From: Tubiluchus corallicola
Taxonomy: Eukaryota; Animalia; Priapulida
Reading direction: 5' to 3'
DNA length: 64,000 nucleotides
NCBI GenBank assembly: GCA_030141605.1
Contig: JAQGDQ010000091.1
Coordinates: 124,001-188,000, forward strand
Part shown: positions 1 to 15,681 of the stretch, piece after piece
Numbering within the stretch: the stretch's first letter is position 1
How the letters are laid out: each line of letters starts with the position of its first letter
Notes under the pieces: generated by a model
The model's input: only the letters and a program-made list of their open reading frames with translations
The model's database searches: none
Told to the model about the DNA's origin: nothing
Program-made: the position numbers and the translations under genes

Positions 1-3000
1 AAGCACCTGGATCATTAGTTTCAAAGATTGTCATAGCTTATGGTATAAACAGTGCCCTAAGAACCAGAAGTGCGGCGCTAACTTCCAGAACAGAACAGTT
101 TACTTCCAGTGAACACTGAATGACTGAGATGACAGAGCAATGGACCAGTAAAGAGGAATTATCCATATTTCATGACTGATATATGAATCGGTTACATAAT
201 CTGTCAAATTACCAGGCAATCACCACACAAGATGCAAGAATTAAGAATGCATCTCACGTTGGTTAAATTAGCTCAGAAAAACATGATCTTTTATGCTTAG
301 AATCAGGTGTCATGACAAATACAGCACTTTCGAAAAACCAAAAATCAACGAATCTAAAACTAATCCAGAAGAAAGAATCCTCCGGCAAGAGATCCCTATC
401 TGCACATCAAAATCGAAAACAGAAGTGTTGAGCCAAGCAATTTGACAAACTAATTTGACGGAGCAAAACTGAGAACTGACACCATCAACGATAAGCGAGA
501 AAAGGCCACATTTTGATTTTTGTGCCCCTTTCTGCAAAGATGTATGATGTTTCTGAAATAATTGCGACTCCTTAAATGTTTCAGTTCTCCTTCAGCGCCA
601 AACAAACGATGGAAAATACGGAAAATCAATGAGCGCACACAATACAGGCGTGAGTCCAGATCCTAAATAGATAAAGGACCAGAAATCGGAAAGCACAAAG
701 TCGGGATTTTGTAAATAATATGAAATAATGGGGAACTTGTATTTGATAATCGCTGGCGAACAATCAGTGTGCGCGCACCGAAGACAGGAAGCGAAAAGAG
801 TTTTACAAACAATCGGAGACCTGCAGAGAACCTAGCAACTAGTATATTTTCAATTTTGCAAATGCTAATTGTTTCCAGATCACTCTCACTGTCAGTCCTG
901 GACCGGGAGTCGGCGTGGACGACACCTCCTGTGAGATCAAAATTCGGGCATCCAGGTGCATGGCATAAATATTGCTCTCCCAAGATTCGGGCCATATTTG
1001 AATTCCAGGAAAAAATAAGGCGATGACGATTGAAATCTCAAAAAATATCAATTTTGAAGTTGAAAAAACCATTTTCTGAAAATATAAAGGGCAGTTCTGC
1101 CAGAGTTCGGCATCAATTTTGCCCGAATTTTTTGAAACCCAAAAATTTAGGGAGGTGCAGTCTAACCCGCCCCCCCCCCACCCCGTACGCCAATGCTTAA
1201 GATATGTGCAACTGTGCATGTCATTAAGGAACAGAGACCTTGCTTTCTAAATAAACACGACTTACGTTCTGCTGCTGAATCAAAATAGCTTCCAAAGCAC
1301 CAAAAATGTGAGCATTTAGCTGTGAGCATGAACATTTAGGTGTACAAGTTTAGCACATCCTTCTGTATGCAGCAAGCACAAAGTACATGAGAAATTATTG
1401 TGCACAGTAAAATATGTGCATTTTATTAAGTACTAGAAGTAATACTAATCAATACATTTTTAAGATTACCAACAAGATATGTGCATAGTTATAAAAAGTT
1501 ACATAAAGATATCTTTTAGTACTTTAGATAAATATAAATTACAGTACTTTATGACCCATTTGTACATACCAGTAATTTAAATGTTCTTTCTGCTATTAAA
1601 AGCTCAAAAGAAGAAGTTTTAGCAGTAACATCATGGTCGAATGTGAGTTATGCAGTATGCAAAGTATACGACCTGTGCCTTTCGATATTCAACAATCATC
1701 AATTTTACACTTTTACTACATAAAATGTGCAATGAGTTCACAGCTTTAATGAAATGATACACACACTTGACTACTTCGGGTGACTGAGAAAGATTATATG
1801 TAAGTCAGTGGCCTAAATACTTCCATATGCTAGTTTAAAGTTACACCATTAATTGATATCCGAAGCAATCTACATTCAGTGGGATGTCTAAACAATATGT
1901 TTACATATGATGATATGTAAAACAACATGTTATTCTTATTTGTAAAATCAACACAGACATTTAGCATCTCTTTAAAATATTGTACACTCGATTTGAAATG
2001 TACGAAGGTTTACTTGGCAGGACATACAGATGATTCAAATTTCTTTTGCATTTTTAAGCAAGGCATTTTACATGCATGCACATATTATGTGGTAATTTCA
2101 ATATTTTTAGTATATAACAAAATACAACGAATGTATTGGTTTTTCCTTTAAAGGCACTTGGAAAAGTCCCAGAAGTTAAAAATTATGTGAAAAATTTGGT
2201 GGTGGATATTGTGGACATGCATGTATTGTATTTATTCATTAAATTACCTTCATTTTCACTAAATTCAAAATTAATGAAAAAGTTTGCAAACTATCATTAT
2301 ATTTACATATTGATTTTTAGCTACTAAGTACTATAGTACTAAAATATCCTGTAAAAGCCTCTAGCTGTTGGGGCAGGAACAGTCTCATTCGTTGTGATTC
2401 TACATGCAACTGGACAGCTAAAAACTAAACTCAAAGCTATAATTTATAGTATAAAGACAAATTATCCAAACTCTCGAGAAAATAACGAAAACTAACTTAA
2501 AATCGGTTTATGGATATTTGTTTAAAATTTTGCCGGTTAAAACTTACGCATTTTCCTTCGCCACTCTCCCAAGTATCACTAAACGAATGAGTACTAAATA
2601 ACCCAAATAAAGTAGTTAAATAAATTTAGTGAACTGAGAATTGGAATGCAATTTAATTTTTGGCACAACTAGACAACTATAATCTGCTGTCAGTGATAAG
2701 TGACTTTCCAAATTCTTCTACAGTTAATTCCTAAAAACTATATCTAGTCTTTCTACTAAGAAAAGATTTTTACTAAAAAAAGCAGAAATCACTAAAGTCA
2801 ACGAAAAATACTAAAACACATTTACTGTAACAGAAATCGTTAATCAGAACACAACTACTTACATAACAGTGATCTAATCCAATTCGCCACTGACGCCGCG
2901 CGCTGTTGTGGTCGTCCATGTGAGTGAAATACGGTGCTGCAAACGCATCACTGAGACAAAAGAAGCACATTCTTTGTGACGTAACACTGATTTAGTGATT

Positions 3001-3059
3001 GAAAATAATAATAATAAATGATTAATGGGGTGAACATTCTCTATCAGAAAGTGAACTAG

Positions 3060-3630
3060 AATCGAAATTGTGACCTTCGAACTCGGATTAAACCGAATTT
3101 CAACACTTTCGAATCCAATTCATTTTTTGAAAAGATTTTCGAGCAGGAGAACTTTTTCAAGAATCATATAAATTATTACTTTCACTTTGTTCTGCAGTAA
3201 ATATACTAGTAATTTGTTTAAAAATTGTTCATAGAAATCGCAATCAAATTGAGCATTTGATGCTCATCCCTAAAGGCACCAAATAGCATGCTTGCAGAAT
3301 AGCAGTAATAGGCTAGCAGCAGTAGCAATTAGGGGGTGAGCAATTCGATTCGAACGAGTTTTAAGCTCGAATTTGATTCGAATCTAAAATTATAGATTCG
3401 AATAATTCAGCACTTCAGCCACACACGTTCTTTGTCATGAAAATGTTTGAAACAGTATGCAATTAACGCAATTTAGCTGCAGTTTCTGTAAAAAACTTTT
3501 AACAAACTAATGGTGGTTTTACTGCAGAACAAAATCAAGTAATATGCATGATCTTTGTGAGGCCACTTTTTACTAGTGATTCGAAAACTGGTTCGAAAAT
3601 CTTTCAAACTCAATTCGAATTCGATTCAAA
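3060..3630. repeat. Two diverged copies of a repeat in inverted orientation (hAT-like TAGGG(A/G)TGAGC ends facing each other)
   Basis: 3190-3238 (ttctgcagtaaa...tttgtttaaaa...agaaat) is an approximate reverse complement of 3482-3530. The ends gctcatccctaa (~3262-3273) and ttagggggtgagc (~3329) face each other. Many TTCGAA motifs. Confidence 0.55.
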
Positions 3631-5264
3631 TTTGCTAGTAGCAGTTGTAGTGATAGTTGTAGTGGTAGAGGTAGTAGCAGCAGCAGCACCTTGTCAAAAC
3701 AGTCTGTGTTCTAGCCAACAAAAATAAGCATTCTACATCGAAGCTGTACCGCTCTGTCCAGTTCATCTGTGAGCATAGTGGTAAATTCGAAATTTGAATT
3801 TTTATCTTAATACTAGCCTAGTTTTAATGCAACACGTTGAATATCTTACAGTAGCACTGTACTTCAATTTTCTCTTTCAAAAACACGTGCAACACGCTCA
3901 TGGAATATTTTTGCTGTTGAAAATTATGTTAATTTGTGATGTCATTAATAGCTGGGCTCGCCCACCATTAATTAAGTTTTTAATCTATAATTTAATTATC
4001 AGAAATACTTTTGCTATATTAATTGTGTTAAAATGCATACTTTTTATCGGATTTGAAAATGGGGTAGTATAATCATCCTGTCTTCTTTTAAAGCTAAATT
4101 TTGATAAAGGTTAAAGGGATTGAATTATGAGAATGAATTCAAAGACTAGCTGTTGTGCCCAGTTTGCTTGAAAGAAGATGATACATAGAACATCTACTTA
4201 TGTTCACAGAATACGGAGAATGGAAAAAATTTTAAACTCAGATATATTACTATCTGGTAAAAAGGAAGAATTAATGACAGTTAGCACCTTTGTGAATGAA
4301 TGTATAGAGTACAGGACAAGCTGAACCAACGTACAAAATTGGGAAAGAACAACTAAAAGATCCGCGTTTACTGAAAAGGAGACGTTGCACCTTATTGTAG
4401 GTATCCGCTAGGAGAGAGTGGAGAATCGGATTCGCAATAGTCACAAGACTGGAAAATGGAATTTTGTGGTGCGCCTGATTTTGGGAAGAAATTTTTCAAA
4501 AATGACAAATTGCACATGGACTACAGGGCTAGATCACAGCTAGATTGTGAGTGAGGGGTTTACTACTAGAATCTATCCAATGTTATAGTAATAGACATTC
4601 ATTTCATTTGTTCATGTGTTTGCAAATTTGCGGAGTTGTAGTGGTTTGTTATTATGGTGTAGGTATGTCTATGTAATGACTGTAACGTGTAATAACAGCT
4701 GATTTCTGAAGAAACTGCAAATACAGAAGGTAAGCATCTTAATCTGTCGTGCAATACAGGAAAGTTCTAGCTTTTATCACTCAGATTTTACAAAGACTAA
4801 ACTTAGAAGAATCAGAATTAATTTATTTATCGCATAGTGACACAAGAATTATCTAATCGTATATATCCAATCTAAATTATAGGAGAAAGGGTGTCGAATA
4901 AACGCAAGCTATCTAGTCAACGAAGTTACCAATTCAATGACAATGGTTTTTTTAACATAGCGAACTGCCTTTTCAAAACAAGCTATCACTTGCAATGAAT
5001 GGTCTAGTATGAATCATATTTGTGAATAGTGAGATATTGCCAAAATGAGTAATTTTATTTGCAGTAGCCTATAAGATTGAAGGATGACCTTTCTAGCAGA
5101 CAAATTGAATTTTTCAGTCACTGTATGTGAACATTTTAGCATTGGGCGATTTATCACAGAATGGGTTGGACAGAATAATTGATATAAGACTTTCTAAAAA
5201 AGGCTGTGATAATTTGATTGAACACCAGGCTAGAGAAAAGGGTTTACATTTATGGTAGAATAGC

Positions 5265-5890
5265 GGTAAAAATGGCACAGGTAAAAATGACTAAAGAAAA
5301 AAATGGCGTGGTAAAAATAGCACAGGAAAAATGTCACAAATGGAAAAGTAGGTAAAAATGGTGCAGGAAAAATCTACATTTTTAGCTATTGATTTTGGCA
5401 ATGACAAATACATATACGTATTTAGGTATATACATATATATACATACCAAGTCATTTTATACGGCTACACACAAAGTTTCTAGACAGCATTACAAGCGAG
5501 AATTTCATGCATAGAACTGGAACTCTCATACTTGTTTGTCCAGTTGGAGATAACAGAAAAGAAGTACTAAACATTCCCTCTACGTCCTCCATGAAGTGCT
5601 TCATAAATGTTTTTGTACGTGGTGTTCGGTCAAGTTTCGCAAAAAAAGTTTCTTGGTAATCTATTAGATAGTTTTTGCACACATGTGCTGCCATAACATC
5701 TTACTGCCATAACAGACAAAAAACAACCAAACAAACAAAGTGTGTTGAAGCATAGCTACCTTGGCAGAATTAAAAATAACTAAAATAATTATCTCCCATT
5801 GTAACCCTTACTCTAGACACATATTTTATTAAGTATGCTACTTTCCCGAGCCATTTTTACTATGCCATTTTTTCATGTGCCATTTTTAGA
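5265..5890. mobile_element. Foldback/MULE-like element remnant with tandemly repeated terminal motifs
   Basis: Repeated ~15-bp GGTAAAAATGGCACA-like units at 5265-5375 and their reverse complement (TGCCATTTTT) at 5848-5890. Confidence 0.45.
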
Positions 5891-7524
5891 TACATTTAGC
5901 AGAATAGGTTGTCAGAATGCTCTACTGTTAATAGGTGTAAAGGGAATAAATCAAAACCTTGTTATGAAACCTGGATGAATGATATGTATGATTCAGAACA
6001 GTTGGTAAAAGCACGAATTGGTGCACTGGACGTCAATGAGAATTTCTAGTATAAATGTGGGATAAATGAGAATCAAAGGAAGTGTAAATGTGCTTCAGAG
6101 TTAGAAAGCTTAGAGCACTTTCTTTTGCAGTGCTCTCTCTATGAAAATGAAAGAGTGGTCTATTGGTATACACTGTAGGTAGAAAATTACTAAGCAATAT
6201 AATTAGAAAGCTTCGCAAAGTTTGTATGCATTAAAGGTTTTTTCTTTTCAGCCAATTAGCGTTTTTTTGCTAATTGCTTACCTTGATACTAAAAGATTTG
6301 ACACAGTACTTAATTAGTCAACGGAGTTTGCGCTCTTGACAATTCATTTTATGTCCCAGTAATTTGGCACCCAAATACTTGTGTGCCTTTTAGCATTTAT
6401 AACTGCATCAGTTAACTTCTTACTTCATAGGATGGTATAACATAATATTAGGGACCCAGAAAAAAGTACTCTATAATCGAATTAGTCTATAAAGAATTAA
6501 GCATACGTGGCTAATCATGTGAATATTACTAAATCAGCAAGCATTTATTAGTAATATGTGTTTAGATCTATACTGTACAGTGTAGGGTTCATAGAAGGTG
6601 GGTTCATTGATAGAGGGTTCATAGGGTTCATTGATGGGTTCATAGAAGATGTAAAGATTTTTAGAAAATGTTGTCAAGTATCAGCTACTTTGCCGTATTA
6701 TTCAAATTCAATGAAATGTATTTTATGTGACTTCAGTAAAGTTTTGTTTAATGAACGTTTCATATTAAATTGAATGTACATGTAATCTGTTTGTACCTGT
6801 TCAGTTGCAAATTTACATGACACGTTCAGTACAGTAAGGTTCAAAAAGTCATTCAATTTTGTTTGTACAAAATGTTTGTCCCTTGTATAAAAAAGTTTTT
6901 GCAGCAGAATAAGTGCAATAGGTAAGGGTTGATCACTTGATGAAATACCTCAGTAGTATGCTGCCAATGTACTTATGTAAAACAGGTGGGTGCTAAATCT
7001 CTGAGCGACCCATTGTTTTTATACAGCTAGTAGTCAAAATTATCTTTCTACACGTCATGTTAACAACTCCACATGCTACATGCCCAACAACCTTTTTGCA
7101 GCACTAAGAACTAAGGGTTAAATTTAAGTGAATGCGCAAAAATAATTTAGAAATGGCTGACAAAGGCAAGGGAGTCAATAAAAACTTATAAATGCATAGC
7201 AGTGCAGGCAATGGGGACCGACAAAAAGTGTGCAATATGCAATAACTGAGTATGTTGTATTCAAAGTTATTATACTAGTTAAATAAATGACGAAGGTTTG
7301 TTCTTTTTTGTGAGTTAACATTATCGGTGTGTGTTCAGTGAACCATGTTCGCTATAATAGTGTTATACTGTATATAAAATGCTTGATAAGCTTTTGCAAT
7401 TGCCTTTGTATTGCCTGCATTATTACGATTAACATTTCAATGTACTTATTTTGAGATTCATTTTGAATGCTGTAGTAGTGTAATTGTATCTAATTTTTAT
7501 ATTTCTAGTTGCAGTGATACTAAA

Positions 7525-10500
7525 ATGGCAACTGTTGTCATACTTGGAGGTGGAATATCAGGGCTTTCAGCTGCTTATTATGCAACAAAATTGCAAAATC
7601 AGGTTTTCAAAAAGGTACTAGTTAGTGGTTAATGCCAACTGATGAATAACAAGATCTAATCATCTAGAAGCAGTTATTATAATAAAATAAACTCCATTTT
7701 GCTGTGAGCTTAGGTCTACCTGTAATACAGGTCTTGTCCTTTGCAGAATGGCCATGCTTTCTATTCAATCTTTATATTGATTTTAGCAGCCTAATTTGCG
7801 TACTTCGTTGAATATAAGAAGGGTAATTAGTTGGCATATTTTATAATTAATATGTGTATTATTTAGTATATAATCATACAAGTATTGACCAAGGTTCTGG
7901 TCCATCTATAACAGTTGATATTAATTATTTTCTGTTGTTTAGTGCTGGATCGCGCCTGTAGCATGCAGAGCTGCATAAAAAAGTATAGATATGGAACATA
8001 GATATATGATTGAACAAATACACAATTGTTAAATTTTTGAAACCAATATTGAACAAAAGGAGAGAATATGAAGTTGGGAATGAACTTAAATTTGACACAG
8101 AGACCTTGGTTTGTACATTTGCCATGCTCACTGGACGACACAGCTCTTAGTGTCCATTGCAGACTGAACTCAGCCGTATTATCTCAATTCCAACCAGCCT
8201 AGCATAGGACTGAATAACGCTTGTCATTGTAATAATTTTCCTGTTATAAAGCACATCTGAATTTAATGAATTATAAAACTGAAACATAGACGTAGTGCAA
8301 ACTATTGATATTTACTAGGCCCTAACCAAGCCAATGTTATATTCAAATAAAGAGAGCAACTGCTTAATATATATATATATTAATATTATATAATATATAT
8401 TACATGCCTTATATTACATGTAAGTCTACAATGTAAGTATTATTTACATTCGACAAACTGTCATCTTGAGGTAAGTGATTTCAGTGAACTCTTAGGCCTA
8501 AGCTTCAAATTTATTTCTAGACTTAACATGTTAAAACTGATAAATGAAACATAAGTAAGAATTTCTTAACATGTGATTTGTAATGCTATTTAGGATTTAA
8601 AATTTTGTTTTTGTCTTGGGCTTTTCATTTGTGGAGTTCTTTGCTGGTAGGTTGGTCTTCCTATTAACTGCAATCTGATCCCACCTGCTTTGAGTAGAAT
8701 AGCAGAGACCTGCTATCAATGGCAAATTAATTACATTACATTTTGCTGGTTCTCTGTTATGTAGATTATTCTTCTCGAGGCAACTTCCCATTTAGGAGGT
8801 TGGATAAAAAGCATTCGGCATGATGATGGCGCTGTTTATGAGCTTGGACCTCGTAGTATGCGCCCTGGTGGTGATTCAGGATTTAACTCGTTAGAGCTGG
8901 TAAGTTTTTAATAGTGATGAATGTTTACATTAATTGCCTCTAAACAACTTTTAACATTGTACTGTCATGAAATTAAGCTTCATCTTGAAACATAAATAAG
9001 TTGTGTGCACTGAAACTAATAACCAATTACTATTTTTAATTCATGGGAGTGGTGAAGGGGCTAGTTTGAAAACAGAAGAAAAGAAATTATGACTGCAGTC
9101 GTGAACAGATGAACCAAATAAATTAGTGGTAAAAAATAATGGGGTCTTGTACAAGATTAGTAATTTTCCATGTTCTGATTGTCTTTATTTGACTATTTGA
9201 AGTATTTTCATGTTTTTTTTTTGGTATTGAGTTTTGTTTAAAAATGAAACCTAATTTTTATTATGGTTTATTCATGGTGCAATGCATGTAAGATTTGTTT
9301 TTTAAGAATTGAAATTGAATATTTTATTTGCACCTATCATAGAGCTCAAGAATTTTTATCATGCTTAAATTGATAGCTTTAATATTGATTTTATCAAATT
9401 TGGCTGCATTGCTGTGGACACCTTAGAAACTAAAAAAAGTGCCAGTTATTTTATCCTTTTGTCAATGTTAACGTCACTTTCACACTGCTAGTTGCTACTG
9501 CTGGTGTTACTGTTATCAGGTGTCTACATCAGCTATAGTAAAACAAATGAGTTTATCATGCATGGTAATTTATGATCATTTGCACTTATCCTAGGTTGAG
9601 GCTATAGGCCTAGCTGACCAGGTAATTAAAGTGACCAGAGAACATTCAGTAGCTAAAAATCGATACATCTTTTTGGGCGGTGAATTAGTGACATTGCCAA
9701 ATGCGAGAACTTTATTTCGTAGGCAGCCGCCTTTGAAACAGTCATTGCTTGGTCTAGCATTTAAAGAATGGAGAACAAAAAGCATACCACTGCTGGATGA
9801 GTCCATTTATGATTTTGTTAATCGCCGATTTGGACCAGAGGTTTGTGCTACCATCATTCTTTGACGATTACAAATTTGTCTATTTTGAGGGGCAGAGTCA
9901 CTACAATCTCTACTTCAGAAATGTAGAAAAGGGGATGAAACGAACTGAAAAGCACTAATCAAATATTTTTTAGTTATTGTTACGTTTTAAGTGACTTAGC
10001 CTCCCGACATTTGCAATGTATATTTTGAGTTAAGCTAGGCAGGGTTAATTTTCAAACTTTGTATTAAACTTAGATAGTTTTTGTAATAGGCATTTAGTAA
10101 TTAATATAGTTAATTGATTCTTACTTTTAAAACTGTTGCAGACTTAATCACTTACTTCCTATTAAGTGTTTGAAATCAAATAAAGGTTTTATAAATAATA
10201 AAGACTTGCCAGTGTATCTTTGTGTACATAATAAATGTTTTAGGCTGCTATGTATTTAGCCGATCCACTTTGTCAAGGAGTATGGGGTGGAAAGGCATCT
10301 GAGCTGAGTATGAGATCTTGTTTCACTGATGCTTTCAATGCTGAACAAGACCACGGCTCCTTAATTAGGGGAATGCTTAAGGCTGAAAGTAAGCTTATTT
10401 AACTATTTTGCCACTTTATTATTTTGATTTCTTTGAGTGTACTGCATAGTAGCACTATACTTTTGAAATGATTAAATTTGTGCTCCTTTTTTAAACACAT

Positions 10501-12582
10501 TTTGAATTTAAAAGCTCAGTTATTAATGACTGTCAACACTTTGCTTAATTTTTTTATTCTACATTCTATCGCTTTTGTTGTTATTAATATGGAGCTTTTT
10601 TGGCAAGTGACCATAATGTAAACTTGCTTTTTAAATTACAGAGAAAAAAGTGCAGATAAGGAGTAAGCTTGGTCACATTTCACATGCACAAAAGTGGGCA
10701 ATATGGTCATTGAAAAGTGGTATGCAAACACTTCCTGATAGATTAGCTGAAGTAGTGGGATCATCTCCGGGTGTCTCAGTACTGCAAAATGAACCCTGCA
10801 AGATGATAGATTTTGAGAATGGCATTGCCAAGGTAATGTAATTTGCTAATTATTGTAGCAATAATGTTGCATCTATAGTATTAATGCCATTTTTGCACAG
10901 TTCTTCAGAATACAGACATTCAAAACTGTCACCTGTATCTGTACCTGATAGATTTGCATCAGTGTGATAATCAACGATCATAACAAGTTTATCAGTCACC
11001 AGGCTTGACGTTAACTACCTTATTTGTTATTTACAACAGTTGCTTTTTGGAGTGTGAATGTGCCGGGGATAAGGTGGCTTCAACACTTCATCATTAAGGT
11101 TTTTAAATGATCTTTAACAAATTTATTTATAAGCACTGATTTCTAGTAGTAAGTTTATTATTTTGTTGTTTTCTATATAGTAACACTAAATTACATGTAA
11201 AATGGCACAATAAACTTTTGCAGAGCAGTTGATTTATGAATTGTGGATAGCAATTTTTGCCAGTCGCATTGTAAACCTCTTTTCTTTATCTGAACTCCGA
11301 ATAATAATTAGAGGTAATCCGAGAAATTTGAGTTAATCACGCTCGACTAGTTTTTCTTGAAGTGGTTAGTTTTCCAGTGATACTCTAGGAATTTGGTACA
11401 AGAGCACTGAAAGGTCTTGCAAGTCACAGCTGTAAAAATGACGCCATAGCTTTCTTTTTGTTTGCTGTACATACTGTGAGTGAAATCAATTACAGTTAAA
11501 AATTTTGTTTCTCTACTGTAATTCAGACCCTGATCTTCTGCACTCTATGCTTGCTGTTACGTCCTGGTGAAACACTGATTTTCGAGTTCTGAAATTACTG
11601 TATAAACTGCTGCGCAAGAAAGAGAAAATTTTGGAAAAAATTGGTATCATAATTTCGATTTGCATGTTTTTAGCTATCATACTTTTTTTAATAACTGAAG
11701 TAACAAAAGTTGTTTTTGTGACAGTAGTATTTCAAATATTTGCTTTTTCTGCAGGTAAAGACCTCTGAAAAAGTCATAGAGGCAGACCATGTGTTTGCTG
11801 CTTTGCCGGCAAAAGGTACATTTTTGCTAGGTATATGAGAACAGACAGTAAATATTAGTGCTTGCCAAACAACCATTTGTTTGTTCTTTGACAATTTCAA
11901 TGTAATTTTGATAAATAACCGGCAATACCAATGAATTTTGTAACGTTTTTGTTAACTACAGAGCACTTAAGTCATAAAATCACTTGTTTTTTCTTTCTTC
12001 TCCTCCAAGCAATAGAAATTCCAGTTTGTTCACTGTAACTGCCAGTGTCAGTAACTAAACCGGCAATGTATCCCCTAATTATAGATACAAAAAGCAGTAA
12101 AAAGACTAATACTTTGTACAGCTTGCACAAAAAGCAAATGTGTTACCTCTACACTAAAGAATTGTGCATGTGAAATAATACTCCACTTTTTGCTATTGGT
12201 TTACTTGTTTCTTACTTGCCGCAATGATTACTGTTGCTGTGGAGGATGAGCGTCTTACTGTAGCTTGATCTGTTTTATCCTCATATTAAACATTAAGCGG
12301 TTATGTTGGTGTTCTAATGAAAGAAATTAGTAAATGCAATTAATAATATAGACTGTAGTTTGGTCTGAGCTTCATTAAATTTTGTTTTGATGCTATTTGT
12401 CTGCTATGAAAAAGCTCGAGCTTACAATTTAACTCAGTGTTTCTTCTGCTGTGCTTCTGTTTTTCTGTGTCTCTCTGTCTGCCTCGCTCTCTCCCTCTCC
12501 CTTTCAGCCCTCTCTGTTTTTTTGCTTTCTTGCTCCTCGTCTCTCTCTTTCTCTCTCTCTCTCTCTGTCTCTTTCTTTCTCT

Positions 12583-12638
<56 letters not shown>

Positions 12639-15631
12639 ACTTGTTGAAAAGAAGTACTACGTGAACATGACTATTAATGGGCAGTGGAAGCAGAATTTGA
12701 ATACTCTTTGTAATTAATAATGCTGTCATAAACACTGGCTCATGAAACTACAAAACAATATTATGTTCTTTACCACACTTTTTTCGATAAATATAAGAAT
12801 GTGCATTTAGGCGGTGGGTCACACGTGGTAGCTAATAACATCTAACGTCTCGTGGCTGACTTAACTGTCGAGAAATGTATGTCATTAACAATTTTTTTTT
12901 GTAGTTTTATCTACATTATTACCTGACAAACACCGAGTACTAAAAGAAGCATTGAGTAGAATTGAGTCAGCGAGTGTTGGTATTGTTAATCTTGAATACA
13001 AAGGAAATCCTCTTTCGGTTGAGGTATGAGACATTTAGTTAAATGGTGAATCCTTAGTTAACATTTTTACTATTACTACTGCAATGGACTTTTGCCTGCC
13101 AGAACTGGGTATTAATTGCTTTGATCGCAATGTGAGTAAAATACAAGGCAAATTTTTACACCACTGAGTTCACTGTCCAGTCCCAGTATAGAATATCTCT
13201 CCATTTTCAATGTATGAGAAAGGGCAAGCAAACAGTATTTTTACAGGGTGTGTTAGCACACTTTTTAATGTGCACATATACCTTTTCTTTTTGTATAAGC
13301 ATATTTTATTATTCTCAGAATTAACAATAAAGCATTACAATGCTTAACTAAAGTTTCTTCTGAGGTAATGAATTGAACTTGATATATGTAACATACTGTT
13401 TATTTTCCCCCAGAAAGTCTGATGAGAATAATGTAATGATGGTGTTATCAATAATAATAATCAATATGACAACCACGCTATTGTCATATTATCAACTAAA
13501 CCTGAAAACAAGTATTAAAAATGGTTCAGTTGCCCTTTAAACCCAAGATTTAGGAATTTAAGTTCTGCGGGTTGGTTTGTAGCATTCAATTTTGTGCGCG
13601 ATATGAAGCCATCTGATCAACTTGTGAATGCGGAGAGGTGACCCAGAAAACTCGTCACGATACAGGTGTACAAGGTAGAAAACAGTTGAGCTTTGGTATT
13701 GGACCTGAAAACATTACATAGGTCAGACTTTTCGTAATGGCAGTTTTGCTGAACTTTCGAACGAAAATGTTTGTCCATTTAACTACTTTTGATTGCTGCC
13801 GTCATAGTTGATGGGTGAGGATTTTGGACAGTTAATGGACCATTAAGTGTTATGGTGATAGTACTTGTGGCTGGAGGACTACCAGTCGAGCGATAGACGA
13901 GAAGGACACGACAGTTCTCTTGTTTATTTGAGGCCAGCAAGAGGTGTCTAGAGCTTCAGACTATTTCACGGGATCCCGATCTGTAAGTTGATTTATTCTT
14001 TGCCTTACTATGCAGCGTGTCATGGGTACAGATGGACTAATGGTTTTCACAATTGATAAATATTCAATATGAACGTGATCCTACACGAGTTGAAGTCATG
14101 CCAGACATTGAAATTGTGTATGAAGTTTAGCAACGAAATGTTTCCGGGATGCTGCTAATTTACACGTGCTGTCACAGCCCTGAATGCTACTCTTAACCAG
14201 TTAGCTTGCTAGCATTTCCCCAGGGGTGGCTGGTAGTTAGGATAAGCCCTTAGACGAACATTTGCTACGGTTAGTTTAGCTTATGTCCAATGGAAATGTT
14301 ACCAAGACATTATAATATGTTAGTTAAGAACACTGTTTATTTTTGGTGATGTTGCTTAATTTTGGTTTCAATTTTGCCCAATAACGTTTTCTGATATTTT
14401 TGCCAATATTTTGTTTTGATGTATTGTGTTTTAATGACATATTTCGTCGGTTTGATTTTCGTGCCTAATGTTTTGTCATTAAAAGTGATTACAGTATACT
14501 ATAATTATTATTGTTGCATCATTGTCCTGTTGCATTTAATTCGATTAACCGACAAGTGCTAATACAGAATCCCACAAGAACCAAGACCATCTTGAAGTGG
14601 TAGCGCCCCCCGTAGACTACCCTTGCTGCGAAGCCACTATCTGGAGTTTGTGGGCAGATCCCTCTTTAAAGTAAAATTTTATGTAAACTTAGTGCTCGGC
14701 CAAGGAATCTCCAGTGTCTACCTTACATCTAGTCAGGCCTGCCCCATCTGCACTAGTCGTAACAATATACACAGAAAAGAAATCACAAATATATCATAAT
14801 GATGCGGTAGACAAATTTTAATAGTTAAAGGTGAAATTACATAGGTAAACTATGGCATTTTACAAGTCATTATAACATAGAATATCAAAGTGGTTCCTTA
14901 GTTCCTGTAATAAATTTTTTTGTGTCCATCAGTAAAGCTTCATTAATAGATACTGGTAAGGCATCCAAACCGCATATAAGTAATTTCATTCTTTCCACAG
15001 CAGTTAAGCTATAAAAGTTTAAAAAAGGCTGAAGTAAAGAAAATACATGATCAATATAATTGTTTCTAAGATTGGCATAAGCAGAGCAATATAACAGGTA
15101 ATGAGTACGATTTTCAATACATAATTTGCAGTTATTGAAGACAGGTGAACGACATAAGTTATGTTCATATAGAGAATAGTTTAAAGCATTTTTATCAAGA
15201 CGTAATCTACATGTCAATGTTGCAGCATAACGTGGCCCTGTAGAGTAGTAGGATCAATATTTGGGGCGAAGACTACATATTAGAACTTGTTTAAAACTAT
15301 AGAATACCTTAAATCTCAATGCAACAAAGATATATTATAGCTATAACTGCTAATAAAAGTATCGCTCTAACATTTCTTTTTTTAAATATACTAAGAGTTC
15401 ACTCTTATCCCAGCCAGTACTTTTATTGATGTGCTCATGAAAAGGTCATTTGTTGTAAGGTCATACTATTCAGAATTTTGTTGCAATGTATTGCTGCTTT
15501 TTAAATGTTTCTTAACTTCCTCACAATACATTACTCTAGTCTTGTGACCAGGTATTAGAATAATTGTGTCATTTGTTAAGCAGAAAGTCCTATTAATCCA
15601 TTATGTCTTTATACATTTGTTGACATTTTGG

Positions 15632-15681
<50 letters not shown>

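Noticed and set aside
310-1219. Overlapping short ORFs at the window start
   Set aside because: No recognisable domain or consistent exon structure; probably repeat-derived.
12387-12717. ORFs with ER/SL repeats
   Set aside because: Translations of a (CT)n microsatellite.
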